Part shown: positions 47,843 through 56,730 of the stretch, one piece after another
How the letters are laid out: every line of letters starts with the position of its first letter
How positions within the stretch are numbered: position 1 is the first letter of the stretch
From: Candidatus Yonathbacteria bacterium RIFOXYD1_FULL_52_36
GTDB lineage: Bacteria > Patescibacteriota > Minisyncoccia > Phycocordibacterales > UBA1539_B
NCBI GenBank assembly: GCA_001823605.1
Contig: MHUZ01000034.1
Span: 38,589-102,588 of the forward strand
Direction: 5' to 3'
DNA: 64,000 nt
Program-made: the position numbers and the translations under genes
The notes under the pieces: generated by a model
Told to the model about the DNA's origin: nothing
Databases searched by the model: none
Seen by the model: the letters and a program-made list of their open reading frames with translations, nothing else

Positions 47843-50593
47843 CTAAGTTACTGCTACCATCTTTCTTTTTACGGAAGTTTTCTTGTTTTCGCTTGCAGTG
47901 TATTTGCAATACAGTTCAAACAGGAACTCGATTCTCTCCTCTTTATTCGAAAACTTTTTGCCGTAGCAGGCGTCAACAGCGCGGTCGAGGTCGGTGTGGG
48001 CTTTGACCAGGTCGGGTGGCATTGTGTTGGGGTCATAGAGATCAGCGAGAGAACTCTCGGGAAACCGAGCTCGCGCATCGAGTACTCTTTGCGCACACTC
48101 CTCTACTTTTTTCCTGTGCTCGTCCGACACACTCTCGGGCCATGGAAAATTATTGTAAACGATATCTTTTGAGTAGCGATACCGACTTTCAAGCCGTCCG
48201 CAGGTGTATCTCACCCATGTCATATGCATAAGTGACTGCAAGATACCAAGGTGAAACAAGGTCGCCCCAGACCCGATAAGGCAGAGGTTGCTCGTAATAA
48301 CACTCTCATCCATAAAACCCAAGGGGATATAAGCCCTCCTTTCCGATGAGACACTGGGAATAAGCAGATATCGCCCATTTGGAAAATTTTCTACATGGAA
48401 TCGTGTCGGCGTTTCCGCAAGTTTTTGCGTTGGTGGACTCACGCTATCTAATCGAAGTTTTCGCACAGCTTCAATGCGCTTTAATACTTCAGGCATTTCA
48501 CGTAATTCATGGGGCGGAGTATCTCCAAGCCACAAACACCAACGCTCATACCCATTCAAGAACTCATCTGCTCCGATCCACTTACGAAACAATTTCTCAC
48601 TTTTTGGCTCATGTTTTATAAATTCATTCTTTTCCTCGGGTGTAAAAAGGTAATTCCCACCATCGATCGGCTTGTTCCCAATTCCGATATTTGGAACATC
48701 TTCCACGATCGGCTTCGAGCGTGATTCCACAAACACGTCTTCGCCTGCAACAAGATATGCATTAATATGCTCCACCTCTTTTTCCTTCGGCTCGCTTTTT
48801 ATCGTCTCATATTCGTAGAGATATTTCTTTGGAGTATCCACGCACGCAAAGCCAACAATCACGCAGTACACCGCCGCCACCCCTGGCGCGTCATTGTTCC
48901 ACTTGAAAGTCTGGTGCGCAAAATGAATAATGATGCCGTATTTTTCTTTGAGACGCTTCCACAGAATACCCACTTGCTCACCTTGGCAGATCGAGTTGGT
49001 GGACACAAACGCAGTTTTGATATTGGTGCCAACCATATACCTTGACGCCTTTTCATACCACGCTGTTACAAAATCGAGATTACCTGCGCCTTTTGCATTA
49101 TCAAAGATATTAAGAAATGCTTCTTTTTGTTCTTTTTCCATTAACCGTGCTCCAACAAACGGCGGATTGCCAAGAATATACGAGAGTTTGTGTTTTGGCA
49201 CAACCTCTTCCCAATCTTTTGTAAGCGCATTGTCGTTCACGATCGTCGCGGGCTCACGAAGCGGGATGCGTGCGTACGGCTTGCCAAACTTCTCTGACAA
49301 AAGCTGGTTCATTTGATGATCGGCGAGATACATCGCTACGCGGGCGATCAGTGCGGGAAATTCTTCGATCTCTATTCCGTAGAACTGATTGACGTTGATG
49401 CGCGAAATGTCTTCAACCCCCAATATTGCTATCTGGTCGTCTTTTTTCTTTCGCAAAAGAATTTCGAGTTCCAGTTTTCGCAGTTCACGGTACGCAACAA
49501 CGAGAAAGTTTCCACACCCGCACGCAGGATCAAGAAACGTGAGGTTTGCAAGCTTATTGTGAAACGCATCGAGCTTCTTGGCGTCATACTTCACCTGATC
49601 GAATTCAACATGCAATTCATCAAGAAAGAGCGGTTGAATGACCTTCAAAATATTCTTTTCGGAAGTGTAGTGCGCACCAAGTTGCCTGCGTGTGTTCTCA
49701 TCCATCATCCCTTGGAACAGGGATCCGAAGATTGATGCAGATATCTGTGACCAATCAAAACTACAACATTTCAATAACTTGAGATACGCGGTTGCGTCCA
49801 AGGAAACAGGCGCGATCTGCTCTGCGAAAATACCGCCGTTGATGTATCCGAACATCATCAACTGCTCGTCTAAATTTGTCTGCCTCTTTTCCTTTGGCGT
49901 ATTGAGGATGTGGAAAATTTGCATCAGATGAATCCCCAGATCGGACCCGTCGTGATTGATTCGATTTTCTACGTATGAGCGAAAATGATTTTTAGGGAAA
50001 ATACCTGTGTCGTCGGCAAAAAGACAAAAGAGGATGCGGATGAGAAAAACTTCGAGGTCGTGCCCACTGTACCCCGTCTTGGCAAGTTCGTTATGGAAAT
50101 CAGCCATCAACTTCACGGCTTCAATGCTCACCTCCTCTTCTTTTTCGTAGGCGCGGACAGTGTATCCAGATATAAACCCAAAGAGATCTATGTTTTTGTG
50201 GAGCTCTTTAAGTAAAAATTCTTCTTGAGTGTTCTTGTCCAGATCGTACAATCGTATTTTTTCAAAGTCAGAAACGACTACATAGCGCGGAAGTTCCACG
50301 TCTTTCAACCCGGGGAAATAATCCTTCGCTTGTGTGTACGCCTTGTCCAAATTTTTGCCGCGAGTTTTGTGTTCCGCAAGCATCACGCCTTTCCATAGAA
50401 CATCAATGAATCCCTGTGCCCCACCCTGCTTTTTTACAAAGTGCTCAAAGGAAGCGACGCGTCGGCGTGGAACGCCAAACACCTCAAAGAAGCCGTCCCA
50501 AAAGCTTTTTGCCTCTGCGTCTTCGTTGGATTCTTGCTCCCATTCGTGCGCAAAGGTGATTGCGCGATTTCGGATTTCGTTGATGCTTATCAT
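47843..50593 (-). CDS. MmeI-like fused type IIG/IIL restriction-modification enzyme
   Basis: FIDVLWKGVMLAEHK nuclease motif, GAHYTS, LDPACGCGNFL, GNPPF, C-terminal YNNFPWP and LADLYDP. Confidence 0.9.
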   Translation of the reverse strand: MISINEIRNRAITFAHEWEQESNEDAEAKSFWDGFFEVFGVPRRRVASFEHFVKKQGGAQGFIDVLWKGVMLAEHKTRGKNLDKAYTQAKDYFPGLKDVELPRYVVVSDFEKIRLYDLDKNTQEEFLLKELHKNIDLFGFISGYTVRAYEKEEEVSIEAVKLMADFHNELAKTGYSGHDLEVFLIRILFCLFADDTGIFPKNHFRSYVENRINHDGSDLGIHLMQIFHILNTPKEKRQTNLDEQLMMFGYINGGIFAEQIAPVSLDATAYLKLLKCCSFDWSQISASIFGSLFQGMMDENTRRQLGAHYTSEKNILKVIQPLFLDELHVEFDQVKYDAKKLDAFHNKLANLTFLDPACGCGNFLVVAYRELRKLELEILLRKKKDDQIAILGVEDISRINVNQFYGIEIEEFPALIARVAMYLADHQMNQLLSEKFGKPYARIPLREPATIVNDNALTKDWEEVVPKHKLSYILGNPPFVGARLMEKEQKEAFLNIFDNAKGAGNLDFVTAWYEKASRYMVGTNIKTAFVSTNSICQGEQVGILWKRLKEKYGIIIHFAHQTFKWNNDAPGVAAVYCVIVGFACVDTPKKYLYEYETIKSEPKEKEVEHINAYLVAGEDVFVESRSKPIVEDVPNIGIGNKPIDGGNYLFTPEEKNEFIKHEPKSEKLFRKWIGADEFLNGYERWCLWLGDTPPHELREMPEVLKRIEAVRKLRLDSVSPPTQKLAETPTRFHVENFPNGRYLLIPSVSSERRAYIPLGFMDESVITSNLCLIGSGATLFHLGILQSLMHMTWVRYTCGRLESRYRYSKDIVYNNFPWPESVSDEHRKKVEECAQRVLDARARFPESSLADLYDPNTMPPDLVKAHTDLDRAVDACYGKKFSNKEERIEFLFELYCKYTASENKKTSVKRKMVAVT

Positions 50594-50677
50594 GGGATGA
50601 TCTCCAGTTTTTGACTAGACCTCCTATCCAAACCGTTTCTTCATAATCCCACAAAATAAGCCTTAAATCAACGGCGG

Positions 50678-50717
50678 AAAACGGCTCAGGGAACGGCTCA
50701 GCGTAGCTGAGCCGTTT
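50678..50717. repeat. AAACGGCTCA palindrome, copy 5, plus inner half-site
   Basis: AAAACGGCTCAG-GG-AACGGCTCAGCGTAGCTGAGCCGTTT. Confidence 0.9.
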
Positions 50718-50774
50718 AATTGTTCTGGTTTTCAGGGGTTTCCAGCCGGGCGGAAAACCATGCCGTGGCTCACA

Positions 50775-50803
50775 TTGACAAAATCCGTTTCATAAATTAT
50801 AAT
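50775..50803 (+). promoter_or_regulatory. Perfect consensus sigma70 promoter
   Basis: TTGACA-N17-TATAAT. Confidence 0.85.
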
Positions 50804-50839
50804 TTGAATACGTTTCAACGTCCACAAGGAGATATTCCG

Positions 50840-51040
50840 ATGCGTTGCAAGATCTTTGTATTCGAACTTGTTTCCAGCATGATGGAGGAAAAAATTAACC
50901 GCTGGTTGGCGGAGAATCCTAACATCAAGATATTGAATATGGCCCAAAGCTCAGCAAGTGGAAACACGAGCGGCGACCCAAGAGATGGTGAAAATGTTGA
51001 GACGACTCTCACTATCTTCTACGCCCCCTTTTGTCCTTAG
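50840..51040 (+). CDS. Small orphan protein (66 aa)
   Basis: AAGGAG SD, consensus promoter and terminator; EEKINRWL..NP.I.I....IFY. Confidence 0.7.
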   Translation: MRCKIFVFELVSSMMEEKINRWLAENPNIKILNMAQSSASGNTSGDPRDGENVETTLTIFYAPFCP

Positions 51041-51050
51041 AAGATCATTC

Positions 51051-51087
51051 GTCCGGTACGCCAATTGGCGTACCGGACATTTTGTTT
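51051..51087 (+). terminator. Terminator
   Basis: Perfect palindrome GTCCGGTACGCCAATTGGCGTACCGGAC followed by ATTTTGTTT. Confidence 0.75.
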
Positions 51088-51113
51088 GAGATCGAGGCAT
51101 TTCATGCGCCATA

Positions 51114-51141
51114 TTGACAATAGGTGTGGATTTGCTATACT
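51114..51141 (+). promoter_or_regulatory. nusA promoter
   Basis: TTGACA-N16-TATACT with extended TG. Confidence 0.8.
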
Positions 51142-51333
51142 ATATGAGTGAGTTGTTCAGGTGCGCCCCGGTCCGTTCCGCCAAGGAAACGGCCTTTTTT
51201 ATAAGCGACGTAGGGCGAACGAAATGGAAGCGTACTCGTTTACATTTCTGAGCCGAGGAGCTTATATGGATGCCCTAGTGTTGCGGAGCAACCCTAGGGC
51301 ATCCATATTTAAACAAAATTACTACAAACTATC

Positions 51334-52701
51334 ATGATGGACCTCAAAGTATTGAACTCGGCACTCCACCAGCTCGAAGAAGAGCGCGGGATCCCGAAAG
51401 ACAAGATCGTCGACGCGATCGAGCAGGCGCTCGCCGCGGCGTACAAAAAAGACTACGGCAAAAAAGGTCAGATCGTGCGCGCGCACTTTGACCTTTCTTC
51501 AGGCATGACCGAATTCGCTCAGGTCAAAGTCGCCGTGGATGAATCCATGGTGCGCATGGAGGAAGAAGGCGAGGAAGACGAAGTGACCGAGCGCGCGGAA
51601 ATCGCCGACGGCGAAGAAGTCCTCCCCCGCTTTAATCCTGAACAACATATTCTCATCGAAGACGCCCGCCGCATCAAAAAAGACGTAATCCCCGGCGAAG
51701 AACTCGTTTTTGCTTTGGAAACCAAGGACGATTACGGCCGCATCGCCGCACAGACCGCCAAGCAGGTCATCATTCAGCGCATCCGTGAGGCAGAGAAAGT
51801 TTCCGTCATGGAGGAGTACGGCAAGCGCGAAGGAGAGATCATCTCCGGAACCGTACAGCGCATTGAGCGCGGCAATATCTTTGTTGACCTGGGCAAGGCA
51901 ACCGGAATCCTTCCGTATGAGGAACAGATCCGCAATGAGCGCTACCGCCAAGGCGAGCGCGTTCGTGCCTACCTTTTCTCAGTCGAGGAAACACCCCGTG
52001 GTATCAACCTCCGCCTCTCACGCTCGCACCCGATCTTTCTCCGCAAGCTCTTCGAGATCGAAGCGCCCGAGATTGCATCCGGTGTTGTCGAGATCAAGGC
52101 GATCGCCCGCGAAGCAGGTTCGCGCTCAAAGATCGCGGTCTTCTCGAACGATAGCCACGTGGATCCTGTCGGTTCGTGTGTCGGTCAGCGCGGTGTACGC
52201 GTTTCGACCGTCATGAGCGAGCTCGGCGGTGAAAAGATCGACATTATCGAATGGTCAGCCGACCCGGTGCAATTCATTGAGGACGCCCTTTCTCCGGCAC
52301 GCGCACAGTCTGTCGAGATCTTCGAGGCCGAAAAGCGCGCCACGGTAAAGGTATCCGGCGACGAGCTCTCGCTTGCGATCGGTAAAGGAGGCCAGAATGT
52401 ACGCCTTGCGGCAAAGCTCACTGGCTGGAGGATCGACATCCAAGGCGACGCGCCAACAACCGTCCCTGTTGATGAAACACTTGCCCAAGAAGTTGCGGTA
52501 ATGAACGGCGCCAAGGAGATCGAGGAAGTTGAGGAGTCTGCACACGAAGACGAGCTCATCGCCGAAGAGATCCAGGAGCGAAACAACTCGACCGACGAGG
52601 ATGCTGACGCTTCGTCCAAAACCCCCGAGGAGGTTGAGGGATCGATCGATGATCTCAAAGCAGAGTCCGAGGAGGCACGCGACGAAGAGGAAAAGGCGTA
52701 G
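51334..52701 (+). CDS. nusA: Transcription factor NusA with acidic tail
   Basis: GRIAAQTAKQVI, AREAGSRSK, LAIGKGGQNVRLAAKLTGW. Confidence 0.98.
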   Translation: MMDLKVLNSALHQLEEERGIPKDKIVDAIEQALAAAYKKDYGKKGQIVRAHFDLSSGMTEFAQVKVAVDESMVRMEEEGEEDEVTERAEIADGEEVLPRFNPEQHILIEDARRIKKDVIPGEELVFALETKDDYGRIAAQTAKQVIIQRIREAEKVSVMEEYGKREGEIISGTVQRIERGNIFVDLGKATGILPYEEQIRNERYRQGERVRAYLFSVEETPRGINLRLSRSHPIFLRKLFEIEAPEIASGVVEIKAIAREAGSRSKIAVFSNDSHVDPVGSCVGQRGVRVSTVMSELGGEKIDIIEWSADPVQFIEDALSPARAQSVEIFEAEKRATVKVSGDELSLAIGKGGQNVRLAAKLTGWRIDIQGDAPTTVPVDETLAQEVAVMNGAKEIEEVEESAHEDELIAEEIQERNNSTDEDADASSKTPEEVEGSIDDLKAESEEARDEEEKA

Positions 52702-52758
52702 CGGCGCATGTGCGGTCATCCGCGTGTATACTACGTACTACTAACCACAAACTAAACC

Positions 52759-53289
52759 ATGAACCTTTGGCACGATATTGAAGCAGGAAAGAACGCCCCC
52801 GAAACGGTGAACGTCATCGTCGAGATCAACAAGGGGTCAAAGAATAAATACGAGATCGACAAAGAAACGGGCATGATCGCGCTTGACCGTGTGGCGCACA
52901 CCACGCAAGACTTTCCGTTTGACTATGGCTTCATCCCGAAGACACTGTGGGATGACGGCGACGCCGTGGACGTGGTGCTCCTCACCACGCACCCACTCGT
53001 TCCGGGAATTCTCGTCAAAGCGCGGCCGGTTGCCATCATGCGCATGATCGATTCAGGAGAAGGTGATGACAAAATCATCGCCGTACCCAAAGACGATCCG
53101 CGCTGGGAACACGTAAAGGACATCAAAGACATCAACCCGCATACGATCAAAGAGATCGAGCACTTCTATTCCACATACAAAAAACTCCAGCACAAGGAGG
53201 TTACCATTGAAGGATTTGAGGGAGTTGCCGCCGCACACGAAGCAGTCGAGCGCGGAAAAACGCTCTATCACGAAAAATTCGGCGCGTAG
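52759..53289 (+). CDS. ppa: Inorganic pyrophosphatase
   Basis: NKYEIDK, YGFIP.T..DDGDAVD, D.GEGDDKI. Confidence 0.96.
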   Translation: MNLWHDIEAGKNAPETVNVIVEINKGSKNKYEIDKETGMIALDRVAHTTQDFPFDYGFIPKTLWDDGDAVDVVLLTTHPLVPGILVKARPVAIMRMIDSGEGDDKIIAVPKDDPRWEHVKDIKDINPHTIKEIEHFYSTYKKLQHKEVTIEGFEGVAAAHEAVERGKTLYHEKFGA

Positions 53290-53320
53290 CACGCATAGCC
53301 CACGAAACTGTTGCTCACCA

Positions 53321-53359
53321 ACGCAAAAACACCCGCCCCAAGCGGGTGTTTTTGCGTTT
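53321..53359. terminator. Terminator after ppa
   Basis: ACGCAAAAACACCCGC-CCCAA-GCGGGTGTTTTTGCGT. Confidence 0.8.
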
Positions 53360-53471
53360 GGGGCAGTTATCAACAGCACCATTCCATTATGTAGCGCAAA
53401 ACCGCTATAATGAGTCTGAGGTAATAACTTCACTGTTTAGTAATTATTCGTTTTAGTTTTGAATACGCACA

Positions 53472-54362
53472 ATGACATCGACAGATAAAAAATTGGGTAT
53501 CGCACTTGCGCTCGTCGGCGCACTTGCGTTCGGAGCATCGGCATTCGCGGAGGAAATGTCGACTGACGGCTCAGTGAGCGTTGACGCTACCGTAAAGACG
53601 GAGGCCACGGTAACAGCACCGACCCCGGAAGATGTACGCGCGAAGATGGAAGCACGCGCACGTGAAGCGCGCGAACTTGCCGAGAAGAAACGCCTAGAGG
53701 CAGAAGCAAAGCGCGGTGAATTGCAGGCAAAAAAGGCCAGCACCACGCAAATGATCGCGGAAAAGCGCACGGTCATGGAGCAGAAGCGTGAAGATTTTCA
53801 AGACAAGCGTGCAAGCACGACGGAGGCCTTGAAAGGAAAGCGTGAGGAATTGCAGGTAAAGCGTGCAAGCACCACCGAGGCTATCAAGCAAAAGCGTGAG
53901 GAAGTGCGCAACAACCTTGAAGAGAAGCGCAAAGAGATCATCCTTGCGCACGCAAACCGCATGGAGGAACGTTTCAACGCCGCCTTTGACCGCTTCGACA
54001 AACTTGCCGATCGCATCGAGGAACGCTTGATCAAACTTGAAGCAGCAAACAAAAATATCCAGACCGCAACGGCTCATTCGCTCGTTGACCAAGCTCGGCT
54101 CAAGATCGAAGAGGGACGGCTCCTTTCAGCAGAGCTCTCTGCTGAAGTAGAACTTGCGATAGTATCTGAGGACCCCAAGGCAGCATTCGACGGTGCACGT
54201 GGTGCCATAAACGAAGTTATCGGGGTAATGAAAACAGCTCAGAAGCTCTTGGTGGACGCAGTGAAGTCGATCAAGGCAAATACGCCTGACGAGCTCGAAA
54301 ATGACGATGACGACAACGGTTCAACCGCTACGACGACCACAGCCACAACAACGGCTCAGTAA
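53472..54362 (+). CDS. Secreted coiled-coil protein
   Basis: Signal peptide (SAFA), charged helical body with ASTT repeats. Confidence 0.75.
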   Translation: MTSTDKKLGIALALVGALAFGASAFAEEMSTDGSVSVDATVKTEATVTAPTPEDVRAKMEARAREARELAEKKRLEAEAKRGELQAKKASTTQMIAEKRTVMEQKREDFQDKRASTTEALKGKREELQVKRASTTEAIKQKREEVRNNLEEKRKEIILAHANRMEERFNAAFDRFDKLADRIEERLIKLEAANKNIQTATAHSLVDQARLKIEEGRLLSAELSAEVELAIVSEDPKAAFDGARGAINEVIGVMKTAQKLLVDAVKSIKANTPDELENDDDDNGSTATTTTATTTAQ

Positions 54363-54390
54363 ACTATTTATTATCTAACCCTTATCACGT

Positions 54391-54744
54391 ATGGATGAAC
54401 AGAATGCAACTCAGACCCCTGTGCAACAGCCACAAAATCAGGGCGTGCAGCAGGACGTAGCAGCAAATGTGTTCGATGAGAAATCAGGCGGCATTGGCCC
54501 GATTGTCGGTGTGATCATTGTGGTCGTACTCCTCATCATTGGCGGCGTATACTACTATATGAACATGCAGGGAGTCGCGGGACCGGCAATGGAAGTGCCG
54601 ACCGGCGCAGATCCAACAGCTGAGGTGCTTCGCCAGCAGAGCGACTCAACGAACGTTGCTGATATTGAGGCAGACCTCAATTCAACAAACCTTGATGTTC
54701 TCGTGGAGGACATTCAGGCGATGGAACTCCAGCTCGCCCAGTAA
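54391..54744 (+). CDS. Single-TM hypothetical protein
   Basis: GPIVGVIIVVVLLIIGGVYY; S..VADIEADL motif. Confidence 0.75.
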   Translation: MDEQNATQTPVQQPQNQGVQQDVAANVFDEKSGGIGPIVGVIIVVVLLIIGGVYYYMNMQGVAGPAMEVPTGADPTAEVLRQQSDSTNVADIEADLNSTNLDVLVEDIQAMELQLAQ

Positions 54745-54951
54745 CAGGACGCAGCTTCTTCTCAAAAAACACCCCGATGTCCTCGGGGTGTTTTTTGTTT
54801 GCAGAACAAAGAAAAACACGTTACACTGCCCGCACATATATAGCTCCCCCGTCAGGGGCCGAGGGAGGGGAGCTATAGTAGCTCCTCGGCTCGGAAATGG
54901 GAATGAGTACATTCCCATTTCGCTCGCTCTATGTCGCTAATGAAACAAAAA

Positions 54952-55995
54952 ATGTCATACACCATAAATATAAAAGAGATTCCGGAGACCTCTGAGGTTG
55001 AGGTGACGGGAGAGATTGCTACGGATTCATTTGCCGTCTACGAACCGGGAGTTGTGGCGTACTTCGCACAGACCGCAACCCTCCCAGGATTTCGCAAAGG
55101 TCATGTCCCCGAAAAGATCATCCGTGAGCGCATGGGTGACGATACCATTCTTCACGAAATGGCTGAGCGCGCGATCGCGGATGCATATCCCAAGATCATT
55201 CAGGAAAAGAGTCTCGAGCCCTTGGGGCGCCCTGAGGTGGCGCTCACCAAAGTCGTCCGCGGAAATCCGCTTGGATTTACGATCCGCTTTGGGGTAATGC
55301 CGAAATTCTCACTCCCCGACTACAAAGCGCTCGCCGCAAAAGTACCCGCGGAGCCGGTAGTGGCCGAGGAGAAGGAGATCGATGATGCGCTCGAAGAACT
55401 TCGCAAACGCGTGGCGCGTTTTGACCAATCAAAGAACGGTGGTTCGCCGACACAAGAGATCCCTGACGAATTACTCCCGACGCTTGATGATGCATTCGCC
55501 GAGCACGTTGCCGGAGTCAAGACGCTTGCGGAACTCCGCGAGAAAATGCGCGCCGGGATCATCGAAGAAAAGAATCTTCGCACGCGAAGCACCCGCCGCA
55601 GTAAGATCCTTGACGCGATCCTTTCTGCAACAACGATCGCGGTCCCGCCCATTGTGGTTGCGGGAGAAACTGACGTGTTGCTTGGAGAGCTCCGCACCGA
55701 CATCGAACGTCTGGGTATCACCTTTAGCGATTATCTGAAGCACGCAGGGAAAACCGAAGAGGAGTTACGCAAAGATGTTGCTCCTGACGCCGGAAAACGT
55801 GCTCGCATTCAGTTCATCTTGAATGCAATCGCCGAGAAGGAAAACATCCTCCCCGACAAAGCTATCCTTGAGAGCGAGACTGCGCGCCTGATGCAAGCAT
55901 ATCCCGATGCGGAGAAGACGCGCGTTATGGTCCATGTGGGCACCAAGCTCGTGAATGAGCAGACACTTAAGCTCCTTGAGAACGCAGGGGCATAG
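54952..55995 (+). CDS. tig: Trigger factor (PPIase domain largely absent)
   Basis: [10 protein letters not shown] ribosome-binding motif; upstream of clpP; alternative starts at 54931/54940. Confidence 0.9.
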   Translation: MSYTINIKEIPETSEVEVTGEIATDSFAVYEPGVVAYFAQTATLPGFRKGHVPEKIIRERMGDDTILHEMAERAIADAYPKIIQEKSLEPLGRPEVALTKVVRGNPLGFTIRFGVMPKFSLPDYKALAAKVPAEPVVAEEKEIDDALEELRKRVARFDQSKNGGSPTQEIPDELLPTLDDAFAEHVAGVKTLAELREKMRAGIIEEKNLRTRSTRRSKILDAILSATTIAVPPIVVAGETDVLLGELRTDIERLGITFSDYLKHAGKTEEELRKDVAPDAGKRARIQFILNAIAEKENILPDKAILESETARLMQAYPDAEKTRVMVHVGTKLVNEQTLKLLENAGA

Positions 55996-56057
55996 CTTGC
56001 TATTCACATCCCCCTCCTCGTATAATTGAGCGATACTCACTAACCCCATTTAATTCT

Positions 56058-56651
56058 ATGTCCTACCTCATCCCCACCGTCATCGAAAAATCACCGAACG
56101 GCGAGCGCGCGTATGATATTTATTCGCGACTCCTCAAGGAGCGCATCATTTTCCTATCGGGCGTGATCGACGATGACGCGGCAAACATTGCCATCGCCCA
56201 GCTCCTTTTCCTTGAGTCTGAGGATCCCAAGAAAGATATTTCGATCTACATAAACTCACCCGGGGGATCAGTGACTGCGGGCATGGCGCTCTACGACACC
56301 ATGCAACATGTTAAACCAGCCGTGGCAACGATCTGCGTCGGCATGGCGGCATCGATGGGTGCGGTGCTCCTCTCTGCTGGTGCCAAAGGTAAGCGCTTCA
56401 TCCTTCCCAACGCCGAAGTGATGATCCATCAGCCGCTCGGCGGTACTGAAGGCCAGGCGTCCGACATCGCCATCACCGCAAAACATATCTTGAAGATCAG
56501 AGAGAACCTGAATAAGATCCTTTCGAAAAATACCGGTAATCCGTTGTCGCAGATCGAAAAGGATACCGATCGCGACTTCTATATGTCAGCGGAAGAAGCA
56601 AAGAAATACGGCATCATTGACGAGATCTACAAGCCAAAGAATCCTCGTTAA
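56058..56651 (+). CDS. clpP: ATP-dependent Clp protease proteolytic subunit
   Basis: [28 protein letters not shown]. Confidence 0.98.
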   Translation: MSYLIPTVIEKSPNGERAYDIYSRLLKERIIFLSGVIDDDAANIAIAQLLFLESEDPKKDISIYINSPGGSVTAGMALYDTMQHVKPAVATICVGMAASMGAVLLSAGAKGKRFILPNAEVMIHQPLGGTEGQASDIAITAKHILKIRENLNKILSKNTGNPLSQIEKDTDRDFYMSAEEAKKYGIIDEIYKPKNPR

Positions 56652-56666
56652 GAAACCCTTTCACCA

Positions 56667-56711
56667 CAACAAAACAAACGGCTCAGCATTGCTGAGCCGT
56701 TTGTTTTGTTG
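56667..56711. repeat. AAACGGCTCA palindrome, copy 6
   Basis: CAACAAAACAAACGGCTCAGC-ATT-GCTGAGCCGTTTGTTTTGTTG. Confidence 0.9.
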
Positions 56712-56730
56712 GTTGGTTGGGTAGTATCCC

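Noticed and set aside
51150-51200. SRP (4.5S) RNA
   Set aside because: Lacks the conserved CAGG-stem-GNRA-stem-AGCA domain IV geometry; better explained as the nusA leader
14281-56711. Palindromes as integron attC sites (AAC...GTT)
   Set aside because: Much shorter than attC, near-perfect stems without extrahelical bases, dispersed rather than arrayed, and no integrase in the window
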